From Verrucomicrobiota bacterium (GTDB taxonomy: Bacteria > Verrucomicrobiota > Verrucomicrobiia > Limisphaerales > UBA1412): 64,000 nucleotides of DNA. Position 1 is the stretch's first letter; every line of letters begins with the position of its first letter. Shown here piece after piece: positions 26,224 to 36,098 of this stretch. Location: positions 10,998 to 74,997 of the forward strand of contig JALNXY010000003.1 in the NCBI GenBank assembly GCA_023230105.1, written 5' to 3'. A program made the position numbers and the translations under genes. The notes below the pieces were generated by a model that was given only the letters and a program-made list of their open reading frames with translations, was not told the origin of the DNA and made no database searches.

Positions 26224-27600
26224 GTGCATAATTTTCATTACAAAAACGGAAAGCTGTTTTGTGAATCTATTGCGGTAGAAAGCCTGGCCCAGCAAGCGGG
26301 CACTCCCCTTTATATTTATTCTCAAAAAACTCTGGTAGATAATATCCGCCGTCTTGAGACCGCGATGGCTCCGGTTAATCCCCATCTTTGTTACGCCGTA
26401 AAAGCCAACGCGAGTCTTGGCATACTTAGTCTAATGGCCCAGCTCGGCATTGGCTTTGATGTGGTCAGTATCGGAGAGCTAAAAAAGGTCAAACAAGCGG
26501 GAGGAAAAACGGAACAGTGTGTGTTTGCCGGGGTTGGAAAAACGGAAGAGGAAATCAATGCTGCGCTTGAGCTGGGTATATACGCCTTTAATGTAGAAAG
26601 TATTCCCGAATTGGAGCGCATCAATCGTCTCGCAAAAAAGCAGAACAAAAAAGCACCCGTTGCCATTAGGGTGAATCCCAACGTAGATGCAAAAACTCAT
26701 GCAAAAATAACCACGGGCACCTATGAGAATAAATTTGGCATCGCTTTTGAAGAAGTCATCTCACTTTATCAAAAAGCTCACTCTAAATACAAAAATCTAC
26801 ACTTAAAGGGAGTCCAAATACACATCGGTTCTCAGCTTACCAACGTAGCTCCTTTTGCGAAAGCCGTGAAAAAGATGGCACCTCTGGTGACCCTGCTAAG
26901 AGCGGAGTACGGACTTGAATTTTTCAGCATAGGGGGTGGTTTGGGGATCGTTTATAAACAGGCGTTGGAGAGCGGCTCTGCCAGTTGGTGGCATAATGAA
27001 GGCAAAAACTTTGCCAGCCCGGAAAAACTGGCCAAAGCCTTAATTCCTTTACTTAAACCTTTGACCACTTCTGGCGTTAAGGTTCTCATGGAACCCGGCC
27101 GCTTTGTTGTGGGAAATGCCGGTATTCTGGTCACCCGGGTTGAGTATATCAAACAAACTGGGAAAAAGAATTTTGTGATAGTGGACGCGGCGATGAATGA
27201 TTTGATACGCCCTGCTCTCTATGAGTCATACCATCAAATAGTTCCTCTCAAAAAGTCCCGTACTGAAAAAACCTTCAAAGCGGACGTTGTGGGCCCTATT
27301 TGTGAATCCGGGGACAGGTTTTGTCTGAATCGCGAAATTTCAGAAGTAAAAGAGGGTGATTTGTTGGCCATTATGAGTGCTGGAGCTTACGGCATGACAA
27401 TGGCATCGAACTACAATGGAAGGTCTATCCCTGCAGAAGTTTTGGTGAATGATAAAGAAGCTGACTACCTTCGCATTCGTGAGTCTATCCAAACCAGCTG
27501 GAGATATGAGGGAATCCCGGCGTGGTTGATTCCGGAGGAAAAAACGCTGCCCCCTAATAAAAAAACGCGCACCCCTAGGAAGAAAATAGAAAACATCTGA
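26224..27600 (+). CDS. lysA: diaminopimelate decarboxylase
   Basis: PLP-lysine motif YAVKAN, HIGSQ, EPGR, CESGD. GTG start. Carries an extra basic C-terminal tail (PNKKTRTPRKKIENI). Confidence 0.9.
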   Translation: MHNFHYKNGKLFCESIAVESLAQQAGTPLYIYSQKTLVDNIRRLETAMAPVNPHLCYAVKANASLGILSLMAQLGIGFDVVSIGELKKVKQAGGKTEQCVFAGVGKTEEEINAALELGIYAFNVESIPELERINRLAKKQNKKAPVAIRVNPNVDAKTHAKITTGTYENKFGIAFEEVISLYQKAHSKYKNLHLKGVQIHIGSQLTNVAPFAKAVKKMAPLVTLLRAEYGLEFFSIGGGLGIVYKQALESGSASWWHNEGKNFASPEKLAKALIPLLKPLTTSGVKVLMEPGRFVVGNAGILVTRVEYIKQTGKKNFVIVDAAMNDLIRPALYESYHQIVPLKKSRTEKTFKADVVGPICESGDRFCLNREISEVKEGDLLAIMSAGAYGMTMASNYNGRSIPAEVLVNDKEADYLRIRESIQTSWRYEGIPAWLIPEEKTLPPNKKTRTPRKKIENI

Positions 27601-27718
27601 TATCTCGTTAAAAAAAAGCCAACTCAATAACGGTAGTTGACGTTGTGAGTTCGCCCTTCAATATAGGAGTTCGAATCAATTCGTAGCGTGTTCTCAGGTA
27701 TCAAACAAACCACCTGAA

Positions 27719-28444
27719 ATGATGAAAGAAGAAGAGAAATCTCAAGCCTGCTTTTCGTCAAAGAATACTCGTCTTTTTCTGACGCTACTGATCCTGTTTT
27801 CCGTTTTGGTTCTTGTTTTATTTGGCTGGCTTGCATATACCATTACGTCAACCCTAAAGCAGGTTGCAAAAGTCGAAGTCAATAGCAATACAAACATTTC
27901 AATCTATAGCGTTGCAAATAGCCTTCAGCGTCAATCAAAGCTGGTCGTGCAAACGGCGTTGGTTACTGTGGATCAATCCTTGGAAAAGGAGAGTGTTCTT
28001 TCAATGGGTGGGTTTGCATTTGGTTTGGGGACGTCCAATCTCAGAATGATATCCATGGGGAACCGAGTTCAGTATTACGTTCCACTGAAAGATATTACTG
28101 AGAGCGATATTAATTGGAATAGCGAAAATAAAACACTCCTGATTAAAATTCCTCCACCCGTAGCCGATTCTGAAATGGTAGAAATCCAAACTGATCCCAA
28201 ACAAATACTGTTTCTGGGCGAAGACAGCTGGTTTGATTGGGCGCGAGGCGGGGGGAAAACGGAGTTGGCGCAAGAGGCCAAAGATAATTTGAGAAACTAT
28301 GTTCTCCGAACGGCACGGTCTCGTTACTACATGGGCTTGGCCGAAGAGAACGCTCAAAGGGAATTGGAACGTCTTTTAGGTACTATCCTCTACCCGATTG
28401 AGCCTCAGTGCCGAATAGTTATCGAATTTAAATCACGAAAGTGA
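27719..28444 (+). CDS. membrane-anchored hypothetical protein (DUF4230-like)
   Basis: Single N-terminal transmembrane segment (LFLTLLILFSVLVLVLFGWLAY), then a soluble domain whose pattern (VQYYVPLKDI...LLIKIPPP...VEI) resembles DUF4230. Judged by eye only. Confidence 0.4.
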   Translation: MMKEEEKSQACFSSKNTRLFLTLLILFSVLVLVLFGWLAYTITSTLKQVAKVEVNSNTNISIYSVANSLQRQSKLVVQTALVTVDQSLEKESVLSMGGFAFGLGTSNLRMISMGNRVQYYVPLKDITESDINWNSENKTLLIKIPPPVADSEMVEIQTDPKQILFLGEDSWFDWARGGGKTELAQEAKDNLRNYVLRTARSRYYMGLAEENAQRELERLLGTILYPIEPQCRIVIEFKSRK

Positions 28445-28570
28445 ATTACAAACCTAAAAGTATTTTAAGATTTTCTTAAGGATATTTGAAAGGGAGGGCA
28501 CAGGTTCTGCTAGGTTTAATAAGTCTTTTGGCTCAGGCTAAGGATTCTTTGCTAGTCACATATTACAGTC

Positions 28571-29506
28571 ATGAATAAAAAACGGATTGCCTTAAGTATT
28601 CTTTTTTCTGCTATTTTTTTGTTTATTGTATTCTCACAAGTACCTTTTAAAGAGGTAATGGATGTGTTAAAGATGGCCGATTTCTCCTGGCTAATCATCG
28701 CCGTGGCAGTGTTGGCGGCTACCATTACTTTGACCGGTATCCGGTGGGACCAGGTTCTTCAAAGTCTTCACCTGCGTCTCCCTTTTCAACAGGTAATCCG
28801 CGCCACTTGGTATGGGCATTTCTTTAATACAATTCTACTGGGACCGGCTGCTGGAGACGTTTTGAAATCCACCTTATTTGCCAAAGAAAGAAAACTCTCT
28901 CTGACTGAATTGCTCTCGGCATCTTGGCTGGATAGGTTATTAGCCGGAATTGGAAGTGTGATTTTCGGCATATTGGTTATCGTTTTCACTTTGGCAACAA
29001 AACAAAACATCCCCTTGGAAATCCCAAAAACAAATCCATGGCTCTTTATTGGTATAGTTTCTTTAATACTTATATTATTTCTTACTGTAAAGAGATATAA
29101 ATTTTTAGATAAAATTAAGATAATTAAAAAATTAAAAGATTCTTTTGTTAAAGCTGCAACCAAAATGTACAATGCTCCGAGAAAGGCTATCTTTGTCATC
29201 CTGCTAGGATGCTTGGGCCAAATTCTATTAAGCAGTGTTTTAGCCTGGACACTGGCTTCTGTCTTACAAACTAATTTGCCTTGGATGCAAATGCTTTGGG
29301 TTTTCCCGGTTATAGCCATGCTTTCTACCCTCCCCATCTCCATAGGTGGCGTGGGAATTAGAGAAGGTTCTTCCCTGATTTTATTGGGAACATACGGAGT
29401 TTCAAAACCTGATGCAGTAGCCGCTTCTCTCCTTTGTCTTTGCGTTTACTGGCTCTTGGCGGCCATTGGTGGAATACTTATCCTTGTGGGGAATAAAAAT
29501 TCCTAA
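28571..29506 (+). CDS. flippase-like / lysylphosphatidylglycerol-synthase TM-region family (UPF0104) membrane protein
   Basis: About 8 transmembrane segments. The RWD motif after TM2 (TGIRWDQVL) and LPISIGGVGIREG near the C-terminus are typical of this family. Confidence 0.6.
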   Translation: MNKKRIALSILFSAIFLFIVFSQVPFKEVMDVLKMADFSWLIIAVAVLAATITLTGIRWDQVLQSLHLRLPFQQVIRATWYGHFFNTILLGPAAGDVLKSTLFAKERKLSLTELLSASWLDRLLAGIGSVIFGILVIVFTLATKQNIPLEIPKTNPWLFIGIVSLILILFLTVKRYKFLDKIKIIKKLKDSFVKAATKMYNAPRKAIFVILLGCLGQILLSSVLAWTLASVLQTNLPWMQMLWVFPVIAMLSTLPISIGGVGIREGSSLILLGTYGVSKPDAVAASLLCLCVYWLLAAIGGILILVGNKNS

Positions 29507-29818
29507 AAATTTCAGCCCTCCTCACTGAACGCAACTCGACCGATGAACCTCAGCTATAGCAAAGACCAACGGAGGTTCTGTTTAAGGATGCATTATCCCT
29601 GCTAATCGTTTCTCCCCTCTCTTCTGTGCCTCATTGACAACGGGATATTCGTCATGCACCCCGTGAACAAATTAATGGAGGGTTTTGCCACATTCACCGT
29701 ATTCTCGTCCTACGCCAAGATTCGTTTAAATGAGCTTAGCCCCCCCCGTTAAACTCCTCACTCGTTTATATAGTAAGCGCTTGCTCTCCTTCAGAGTAAT
29801 AATTTAAAACTCAAACTG

Positions 29819-29860
29819 AAAAAAAATCCCCCTTAAGATTAATTAAGGAGGAGTTTTTTC
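29819..29860. terminator. bidirectional terminator-like hairpin
   Basis: A8 run, then TCCCCCTTAA-loop-TTAAGGAGGA (9 of 10 pairs), then GTTTTTT. It sits just downstream of the minus-strand transporter gene. Confidence 0.55.
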
Positions 29861-29883
29861 AACTATCTGAAAAACGAGTCCAG

Positions 29884-31596
29884 CTACAAAAACAGTACTA
29901 TTAGAAGCTGCGCATAGAATATCTTCAAAATTGTAGCCAAGGGATACACTGAAGCATACCCGACATTAACACCTGTGGGATCGGTCCTTGTTGAAGCAAA
30001 CCCAAGAGCTGCCGGTTGAGTTTGTAAACCACTCATGACACCTAGAAGGGTTGGAATATTCGGAACACGAAGTGCAACCAATACGATCCACAAAATAAAA
30101 TGGACTAAAACCAACATGGCCATGCTCGCCAGAATTAAGAAGAGCCCATCCCCCTTCAAGGTCGCCAAAAGTTTAGAACCTGAATTGACGCCAATTACGG
30201 CCAGGAAGAGAGCAAAGCCAACGTGTCTTAAGGCCATATTGGCTGCTGGTGCAATAACCCAGACAAAAGGCCCCGTGCGCCCCAAAGCACCGAAAGTCAA
30301 AGCAACGACCAACGGACCTCCGGCGTAGCCCAAGGTCACAGGCACCGCAACTCCGGGAATTGGAATCGGAATTTGGCCAATCAATAATCCCAATGCCAAG
30401 CCAAGGAAAAGGCTGAAGAAGGTATGCTCTGTGGCCATGTGCAAAGAGTTACCAAAATATTTGCTAACACCCACCTGAGAATCCTTCAGAACAATAGCCC
30501 TCACCTGATCCCCTAACTGCAAACGAGTCCGTGAGTTGATTTCAATGGGGCTATCTCCACGGCGGATGCGGCAAATGCTTGCCCCCACTTCACTCAGCTT
30601 GAGGTTCCACACGCTCCGATTAATAAGGTGGCGGTCCGATACAGAAAAGAAACGAGTAACAAAATGCTCGCGCTCCTGCAGCAAATTCTGATCTCCACTT
30701 TTTCCGAGAATTCCAATGGCAGCCTCAACATTGTTTGACCGTCCTTCGATCACAACCATCGCTCCAGCAGGAATTTGGGTATCTCCATCAATAAAATGAT
30801 GTTCACCATTAAAACGATAGCGGGGAGCGACAACATTAGCGTATTTATTAATTAAAGCCCCAGTCCAATAACGATAGTTACCGGGGACCTCATTGAGCAA
30901 CTCCACCACGCTAATCTGATAAGCTGATCCTTTCGGCCCATCACCGATCAATTTCTTCTCACGGCGAAGATGGAACTGCATGATTAAGAGAATACCCACA
31001 ATTGCAAAAGGATAAGCCACTCCGTAACCAGCATCTACATCCTTCAAACCTTCTTCCATTTCCCGGATTTCGCTAGTCCTAAACTCCTCGGCTTCTGAGG
31101 CTTTCAGTCCTTGTTTTTCAATACTGACATCAATTTGGCCTACTTTTACAAGGCGCTTGGCTTCCTTGGCTGCATTTAGCGCAGGAGTGTTTGTCAGAGT
31201 TCCACAAAAAAGCCCACTGATCACTGTGGATTTTTTATCGAAAGTCTTGATGACTACAATTCCAGAAACAAATATCGCCGTAAGGGCCAAAAAGGTGGCT
31301 ATGTTAAGTCTAATTCCATTTCTTTTAAAGGACTGGAAAAAAGCAGGCGCTGCCATCAATCCTACACAGTAAATGAAGAGGGCCAGGCCAAATCGTTCAA
31401 TATCGTGGCCAATGTGCAAGTCGGGTTTAAAAATACCGAATACCACCCCGACAAAAAATACCGCAGCAACTCCTAATTTGAAATTCCCCGGCAATTTAAA
31501 CTCACCCACTATATGACCCAACCCCATTATTAAAATGAGCGCGGGAAGAGTCATAAATAACCATTTACTCAGAAGCCAACCAGTTATTCCATCCAT
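29884..31596 (-). CDS. YidE/YbjL-type (AAE family) transporter with two central RCK_C/TrkA-C domains
   Basis: Duplicated membrane halves flank two soluble segments (…FIDGDTQIPAGAMVVIEG… and …IRRGDSPIEINSRTRLQLGDQVRAIV…). 570 aa. Confidence 0.7.
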   Translation of the reverse strand: MDGITGWLLSKWLFMTLPALILIMGLGHIVGEFKLPGNFKLGVAAVFFVGVVFGIFKPDLHIGHDIERFGLALFIYCVGLMAAPAFFQSFKRNGIRLNIATFLALTAIFVSGIVVIKTFDKKSTVISGLFCGTLTNTPALNAAKEAKRLVKVGQIDVSIEKQGLKASEAEEFRTSEIREMEEGLKDVDAGYGVAYPFAIVGILLIMQFHLRREKKLIGDGPKGSAYQISVVELLNEVPGNYRYWTGALINKYANVVAPRYRFNGEHHFIDGDTQIPAGAMVVIEGRSNNVEAAIGILGKSGDQNLLQEREHFVTRFFSVSDRHLINRSVWNLKLSEVGASICRIRRGDSPIEINSRTRLQLGDQVRAIVLKDSQVGVSKYFGNSLHMATEHTFFSLFLGLALGLLIGQIPIPIPGVAVPVTLGYAGGPLVVALTFGALGRTGPFVWVIAPAANMALRHVGFALFLAVIGVNSGSKLLATLKGDGLFLILASMAMLVLVHFILWIVLVALRVPNIPTLLGVMSGLQTQPAALGFASTRTDPTGVNVGYASVYPLATILKIFYAQLLIVLFL

Positions 31597-31852
31597 ATTG
31601 TGTTAACTATATCGTATTAATATAAGTAGAACTATTCACCAAGAGCACGAGAAGCAGGACGTGCTTTGTGCTAAGAGGAACTTGCCTCGCAGACGAGAAA
31701 CAGTGCGAGATGCCCTGCCGTTGGAGAAACTACATGAGACGGGGATTTTTGAAAAGGAAAAACATGAAAAATGAACTTCATTACGACGAGGTAGAGGAGC
31801 TTGGGGCCAGTTTTCTACTTGCTGAAAAGGCCAAAAAAGATACAATGGACTG

Positions 31853-32869
31853 ATGAAGAGCGTATCGTCTGGGATGTTTCCATTTTACCGCCCTCGCAGG
31901 CTTAGGCGTACTCCTGCCCTAATATCTACATTTAAGCAAACCTCCTTAAGGAAAGAGCAGTTAGTTTTGCCTTTTTTTGTTACAGAGGGTACTCAAAAAC
32001 GAACCCCCGTTAACTCCATGCCCGGAGTACACCAACTTTCCATCGACGAGCTATTGACTGAAACCTCTGCAGCTGTAAAAACCGGTGTACAAAGTATCCT
32101 CCTCTTTGGCATTCCCTCAAAAAAAGACGAACTGGCATCTGAAGCTTATGCAGCTAACGGGATAACACAAAAAGCGGTACGAGCTCTTAAAAAAGAATTT
32201 CCGGATATCATAATCATGACCGATGTTTGCCTTTGTGAGTACACAAGCCATGGTCATTGCGGAGTAATTAAGAAGGATAAACAGGGACAATTTGTCGTTG
32301 ATAACGATGAGTCTTTGGAGTTTTTGGCAAAAACGGCTGTAAGTCATGCAGATGCCGGAGCTGACGTGGTCGCTCCAAGTGACATGATGGATGGTCGGGT
32401 CAAAGCAATTCGCACCGAACTGGATAAGGCCGGTTTCAATCAGACGATCATTATGTCCTATGCAGCAAAATATGCTTCCGCTTTTTATGGCCCCTTCCGC
32501 GAAGCAGCAGAGTCTGCACCTAAGTTTGGCAATCGCCGAGCTTACCAGATGGAGAGTGCCAATACGGATGAAGCACTGCGAGAAGTCGCCATGGATATTG
32601 AAGAAGGCGCAGATATCGTGATGGTCAAACCGGGCTTAGCCTATCTGGATATACTCCATCAAGTTAAAAGAACATTTCGTTATCCAACGGCCGTTTACAT
32701 GGTCAGTGGAGAGTATGCTATGATCAAGGCGGCAGCCGAAAAAGGCTGGATAAATGAAGAACAAATTATGATGGAGTCACACCTTTCAATGGCGCGAGCT
32801 GGAGCAGATATTATTATCAGTTATGCCGCTAAGGAAATTTGCAACAGCTTAAATAAAAATATGCAATAA
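31853..32869 (+). CDS. hemB: porphobilinogen synthase (Zn-type)
   Basis: FYRPRRLRRTPAL, cysteine-rich Zn site DVCLCEYTSHGHCG, Schiff-base region MVKPG, SGEYAM. Confidence 0.9.
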   Translation: MKSVSSGMFPFYRPRRLRRTPALISTFKQTSLRKEQLVLPFFVTEGTQKRTPVNSMPGVHQLSIDELLTETSAAVKTGVQSILLFGIPSKKDELASEAYAANGITQKAVRALKKEFPDIIIMTDVCLCEYTSHGHCGVIKKDKQGQFVVDNDESLEFLAKTAVSHADAGADVVAPSDMMDGRVKAIRTELDKAGFNQTIIMSYAAKYASAFYGPFREAAESAPKFGNRRAYQMESANTDEALREVAMDIEEGADIVMVKPGLAYLDILHQVKRTFRYPTAVYMVSGEYAMIKAAAEKGWINEEQIMMESHLSMARAGADIIISYAAKEICNSLNKNMQ

Positions 32870-32888
32870 ATTTTAAGAAGAATTTAAT

Positions 32889-35243
32889 ATGATAAAAAAT
32901 TGGAAAACAAAAATTCTTGGATACTCCGGTGTGTTGATTCTAGCAATCTTCTGCACGACGGTATCTGTCACTTCACAAAATAATGTGCCTACCTTGCCTG
33001 GGGAAGGCGGAACTCAAAAAGCAATTGAGTTGGATTATTTTCCGGACCGCCTCCATGCATTCATATTCAAAAACTGGCCCCTGGTACATGCAGAGCGATT
33101 GGCAAAAGTACTGGAAACAAAAACTGAAAACGTTGTTCAAATCGCTGAATCAATGGGGCTGCCACCGCAAGACCCTAAAAAAATACTTCCCGCATGGAGC
33201 TCAAACCGAGGATATATCACCGTGCTGCGGCGCAATTGGCACCTATTACCTTATGATCAACTCTTGACCTTATTAGATATCGACCGGCAAGAACTTCAAT
33301 TCCGCCTGATAGAAGATGACTTTCTCTATGTCAAATTGGGTAATTTGAAGCCGAGCTGTGAAAAATTGACTTATGCAGAACCTTCCCCGGAAACAAAAGC
33401 TCAAGCCAAAAGAATTTCTGAAATACTCCAGCAGGAACTGAAGGAGGGTTCTGCTACTGTTGACGAAGAGCGTTTTGAATTTATTAATCGTTTGAAAGAT
33501 GTTTCTCCGGATATCTCCACTCCGGATACAACCGACGATTCTGAGTTTGAGCTGCGATACATTTCATCCTACTTTGCCTCTTTTGGAGAACCACTGCTGG
33601 ATCCGGAAATCGAGTCCTGCCCTGAAGGCCTGCTGCAGCGTTTGTCTGCTACAGGTGTTAATGGGGTTTGGATCCACACTGTACTGAGAACATTGGCTCC
33701 GCCTACTGAGGATTTCCCCGAATTTGGACAAGACCATGAACGGAGAATCCAAGGGCTTAATAAACTCGTACAACGCGCAAAGAAGTACGGTATCGGTATT
33801 TATCTTTACTCAAATGAACCACGCGCGCTGCCAGTGGAATTCTTTAATAAACCGGGACGTGAAAATATGAAGGGTGTCACAGAAGGACACGTTGCGACTA
33901 TGTGCTCTTCGGACCCAAGGGTGCGTAAGTGGCTTACAGAGTCTTATGAGTATCTATTCAAAAACGTTCCTGATTTGGCCGGAGTCTTCACCATTACGGG
34001 CTCCGAAAACCTCACCACTTGCGCTTCACATTACCAACACAAAAATTGCGCTCGTTGCTCAAGTAAAGATTTTGCAGAGATCACGACAGATATCAATACT
34101 CTCATAGCCGAAGGCGTCCATCGTGGCAACCCCAAAGCAAAAACAATTGTCTGGGATTGGGGATGGCAGGATCAGTTTGCTGAAAAAATTATCAAAAATC
34201 TCCCCAAAAATTGCTGGTTTCAATCAGTAAGCGAGTGGAGTCTCCCTATTAGCAGAGGTGGAGTCTCCTCAGCAGTGGGAGAGTACTCTCTTTCCGCCGT
34301 GGGGCCTGGACCACGCGCGCAAAAACATTGGCAATACGCCCAAGAAGCAGGACTTAAAACCGTGGCAAAGGTGCAAGTGAACGCAACATGGGAATTCGCC
34401 TCTATACCTCAAATTCCTGTCTTGAATCTTGCTGCTCAGCATGCCTCCAATCTCTCCAAACAAAAAATCAATGGGCTTATGTTGAGCTGGAGTTTAGGTG
34501 GTTATCCTTCAATAAACCTCTCCCTTTTTCGAGATGTAGGAACCGGTAAAATGAGCACCGAGGAATGTTTAAAGAATGTTGCCGTGAGTAATTATGGTGA
34601 AGCTGCCAGCGATACCGTGTTGGAAGCTTGGAAACTTTTTTCTGATGGTTTCTCTCAATATCCTTACAGTGGAGGGACTATCTATTTCGGACCACAGCAC
34701 GTTGGACCAGCCAATCCCCTTTATTTAAAACCCACTAGCTACAGAGCTAGCATGGTAGGTTTTCCGTATGACGATTTAACGGGATGGTGTTCCATTTACC
34801 CACCAAATGTTTGGATTCAACAGATGGAACTGGTCCGCAATGGTTTTTCAAAAGGGTGTAATAAGTTTGAAGAAGCTATCGCCCTTATGCCTCTGAAAAA
34901 ACAAACCGAGGCTCGAATGCAATTAGGACAATACCGTGCTGCGGAAATGCACTTTGCTTCCTGTGTAAACCAAGCCCGTTTTACAGATGCACGTAACTCC
35001 TTTAACCGGCTTCCTGAAGATGCCTTGATTGGTGAGAAGAAAGCTCTATTGGCGATAATGGAGAACTCTGTGGAAAATGAACTCATTGTTGCCAAAAAAA
35101 TCTATACCCTGGTTAAGTCTGATTCTGCCATTGGATATGAATCCTCCAACCATTATTTTTATATACCTCAAGACATTATGGAAAAAATCGTCAATTGTAA
35201 ATATCTACTATCAAAAATTTTAATAATTAAAAATAGTATTTAA
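32889..35243 (+). CDS. secreted or anchored hypothetical protein, possibly glycoside-hydrolase-like
   Basis: N-terminal signal or anchor (ILGYSGVLILAIFCTTVSV). Central segment GVNGVWIHTVLR...KYGIGIYLYSNEPRA resembles TIM-barrel glycosidase-like proteins. No family recognised with certainty. Confidence 0.3.
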   Translation: MIKNWKTKILGYSGVLILAIFCTTVSVTSQNNVPTLPGEGGTQKAIELDYFPDRLHAFIFKNWPLVHAERLAKVLETKTENVVQIAESMGLPPQDPKKILPAWSSNRGYITVLRRNWHLLPYDQLLTLLDIDRQELQFRLIEDDFLYVKLGNLKPSCEKLTYAEPSPETKAQAKRISEILQQELKEGSATVDEERFEFINRLKDVSPDISTPDTTDDSEFELRYISSYFASFGEPLLDPEIESCPEGLLQRLSATGVNGVWIHTVLRTLAPPTEDFPEFGQDHERRIQGLNKLVQRAKKYGIGIYLYSNEPRALPVEFFNKPGRENMKGVTEGHVATMCSSDPRVRKWLTESYEYLFKNVPDLAGVFTITGSENLTTCASHYQHKNCARCSSKDFAEITTDINTLIAEGVHRGNPKAKTIVWDWGWQDQFAEKIIKNLPKNCWFQSVSEWSLPISRGGVSSAVGEYSLSAVGPGPRAQKHWQYAQEAGLKTVAKVQVNATWEFASIPQIPVLNLAAQHASNLSKQKINGLMLSWSLGGYPSINLSLFRDVGTGKMSTEECLKNVAVSNYGEAASDTVLEAWKLFSDGFSQYPYSGGTIYFGPQHVGPANPLYLKPTSYRASMVGFPYDDLTGWCSIYPPNVWIQQMELVRNGFSKGCNKFEEAIALMPLKKQTEARMQLGQYRAAEMHFASCVNQARFTDARNSFNRLPEDALIGEKKALLAIMENSVENELIVAKKIYTLVKSDSAIGYESSNHYFYIPQDIMEKIVNCKYLLSKILIIKNSI

Positions 35244-35245
35244 AA

Positions 35246-36094
35246 ATGATTTTAGGTGCACATATGTCCACCGCTGGTGGGCTGGAACAGGCAATCCGAC
35301 GCGGAGCAGATGTTGGGTGCGATTGCATTCAGATATTTGTTAAAAACAATATGCAGTGGTTCGGCAAACCATACACCCCGGCAGAACTCTCCGCTTGGAA
35401 TCAGGAAGTCGCTTCTGGAAAGATGCAGATCATTTTTGGGCATACAGGCTATCTGATCAATTTAGGAGGGCCCGAGGGTGAGAACCGTAAAAAATCTGTA
35501 GACTCTCTGAAGCAGGAAATTGAATTGTCCACCCAACTAGGACTCCCATTCTTAGTAATGCATCCGGGGGCTCACCTCAAACAAGGTGAAGAAATAGGGA
35601 TTCAACAAGTCATTTCCGGTCTGAATGAGGTTTTTAGTGAAACGGTTTCACCCACCCGAATTGCGTTAGAGGTCACTGCCGGTCAGGGAACATGTCTGGG
35701 AGCAAAGATGGAACACTTAGCGGCCATTTTTGATGGGGTCAAACAGCCCGAGCGCCTCGGAGTTTGTCTGGATACCGCACATCTCTTTGCAGCCGGATTT
35801 GATATTCGCACTCCGGAAGGCTGGGATATGGTTCTCACTAATCTCGACTCATTGATAGGCCTGTCCAACCTTCTGGGAATACACATGAACGACTCCAAAG
35901 TGGACTTGGGGTCGCACGTGGATCGACATGACCATATTGGCAAAGGTAAAATTGGCGTAGAGCCTTTTCGGCACATAGTGAATGACTCGCGATTAGAGCG
36001 CCTTCCCGGTTCCTTGGAAACGCCCAAGTCCAAAGATTGTCATGAGGATCGGGAAAATCTGCAGTTACTGAGAGAACTCATAAAACAAGGTTAA
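35246..36094 (+). CDS. nfo: endonuclease IV
   Basis: MILGAHMSTAGG, VMHPG, CLDTAH, HMNDSK, DRHDHIG. Confidence 0.85.
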   Translation: MILGAHMSTAGGLEQAIRRGADVGCDCIQIFVKNNMQWFGKPYTPAELSAWNQEVASGKMQIIFGHTGYLINLGGPEGENRKKSVDSLKQEIELSTQLGLPFLVMHPGAHLKQGEEIGIQQVISGLNEVFSETVSPTRIALEVTAGQGTCLGAKMEHLAAIFDGVKQPERLGVCLDTAHLFAAGFDIRTPEGWDMVLTNLDSLIGLSNLLGIHMNDSKVDLGSHVDRHDHIGKGKIGVEPFRHIVNDSRLERLPGSLETPKSKDCHEDRENLQLLRELIKQG

Positions 36095-36098
36095 TATT

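Noticed and set aside
28786-29343. 185-aa minus-strand ORF, and similar long antisense ORFs at 42054-42461, 52012-52539, 60622-61071 and 63128-63682
   Set aside because: Each is antisense to a gene with strong family motifs (UPF0104, fprA, GH51, tdh, GH43-like) and has no motifs of its own.
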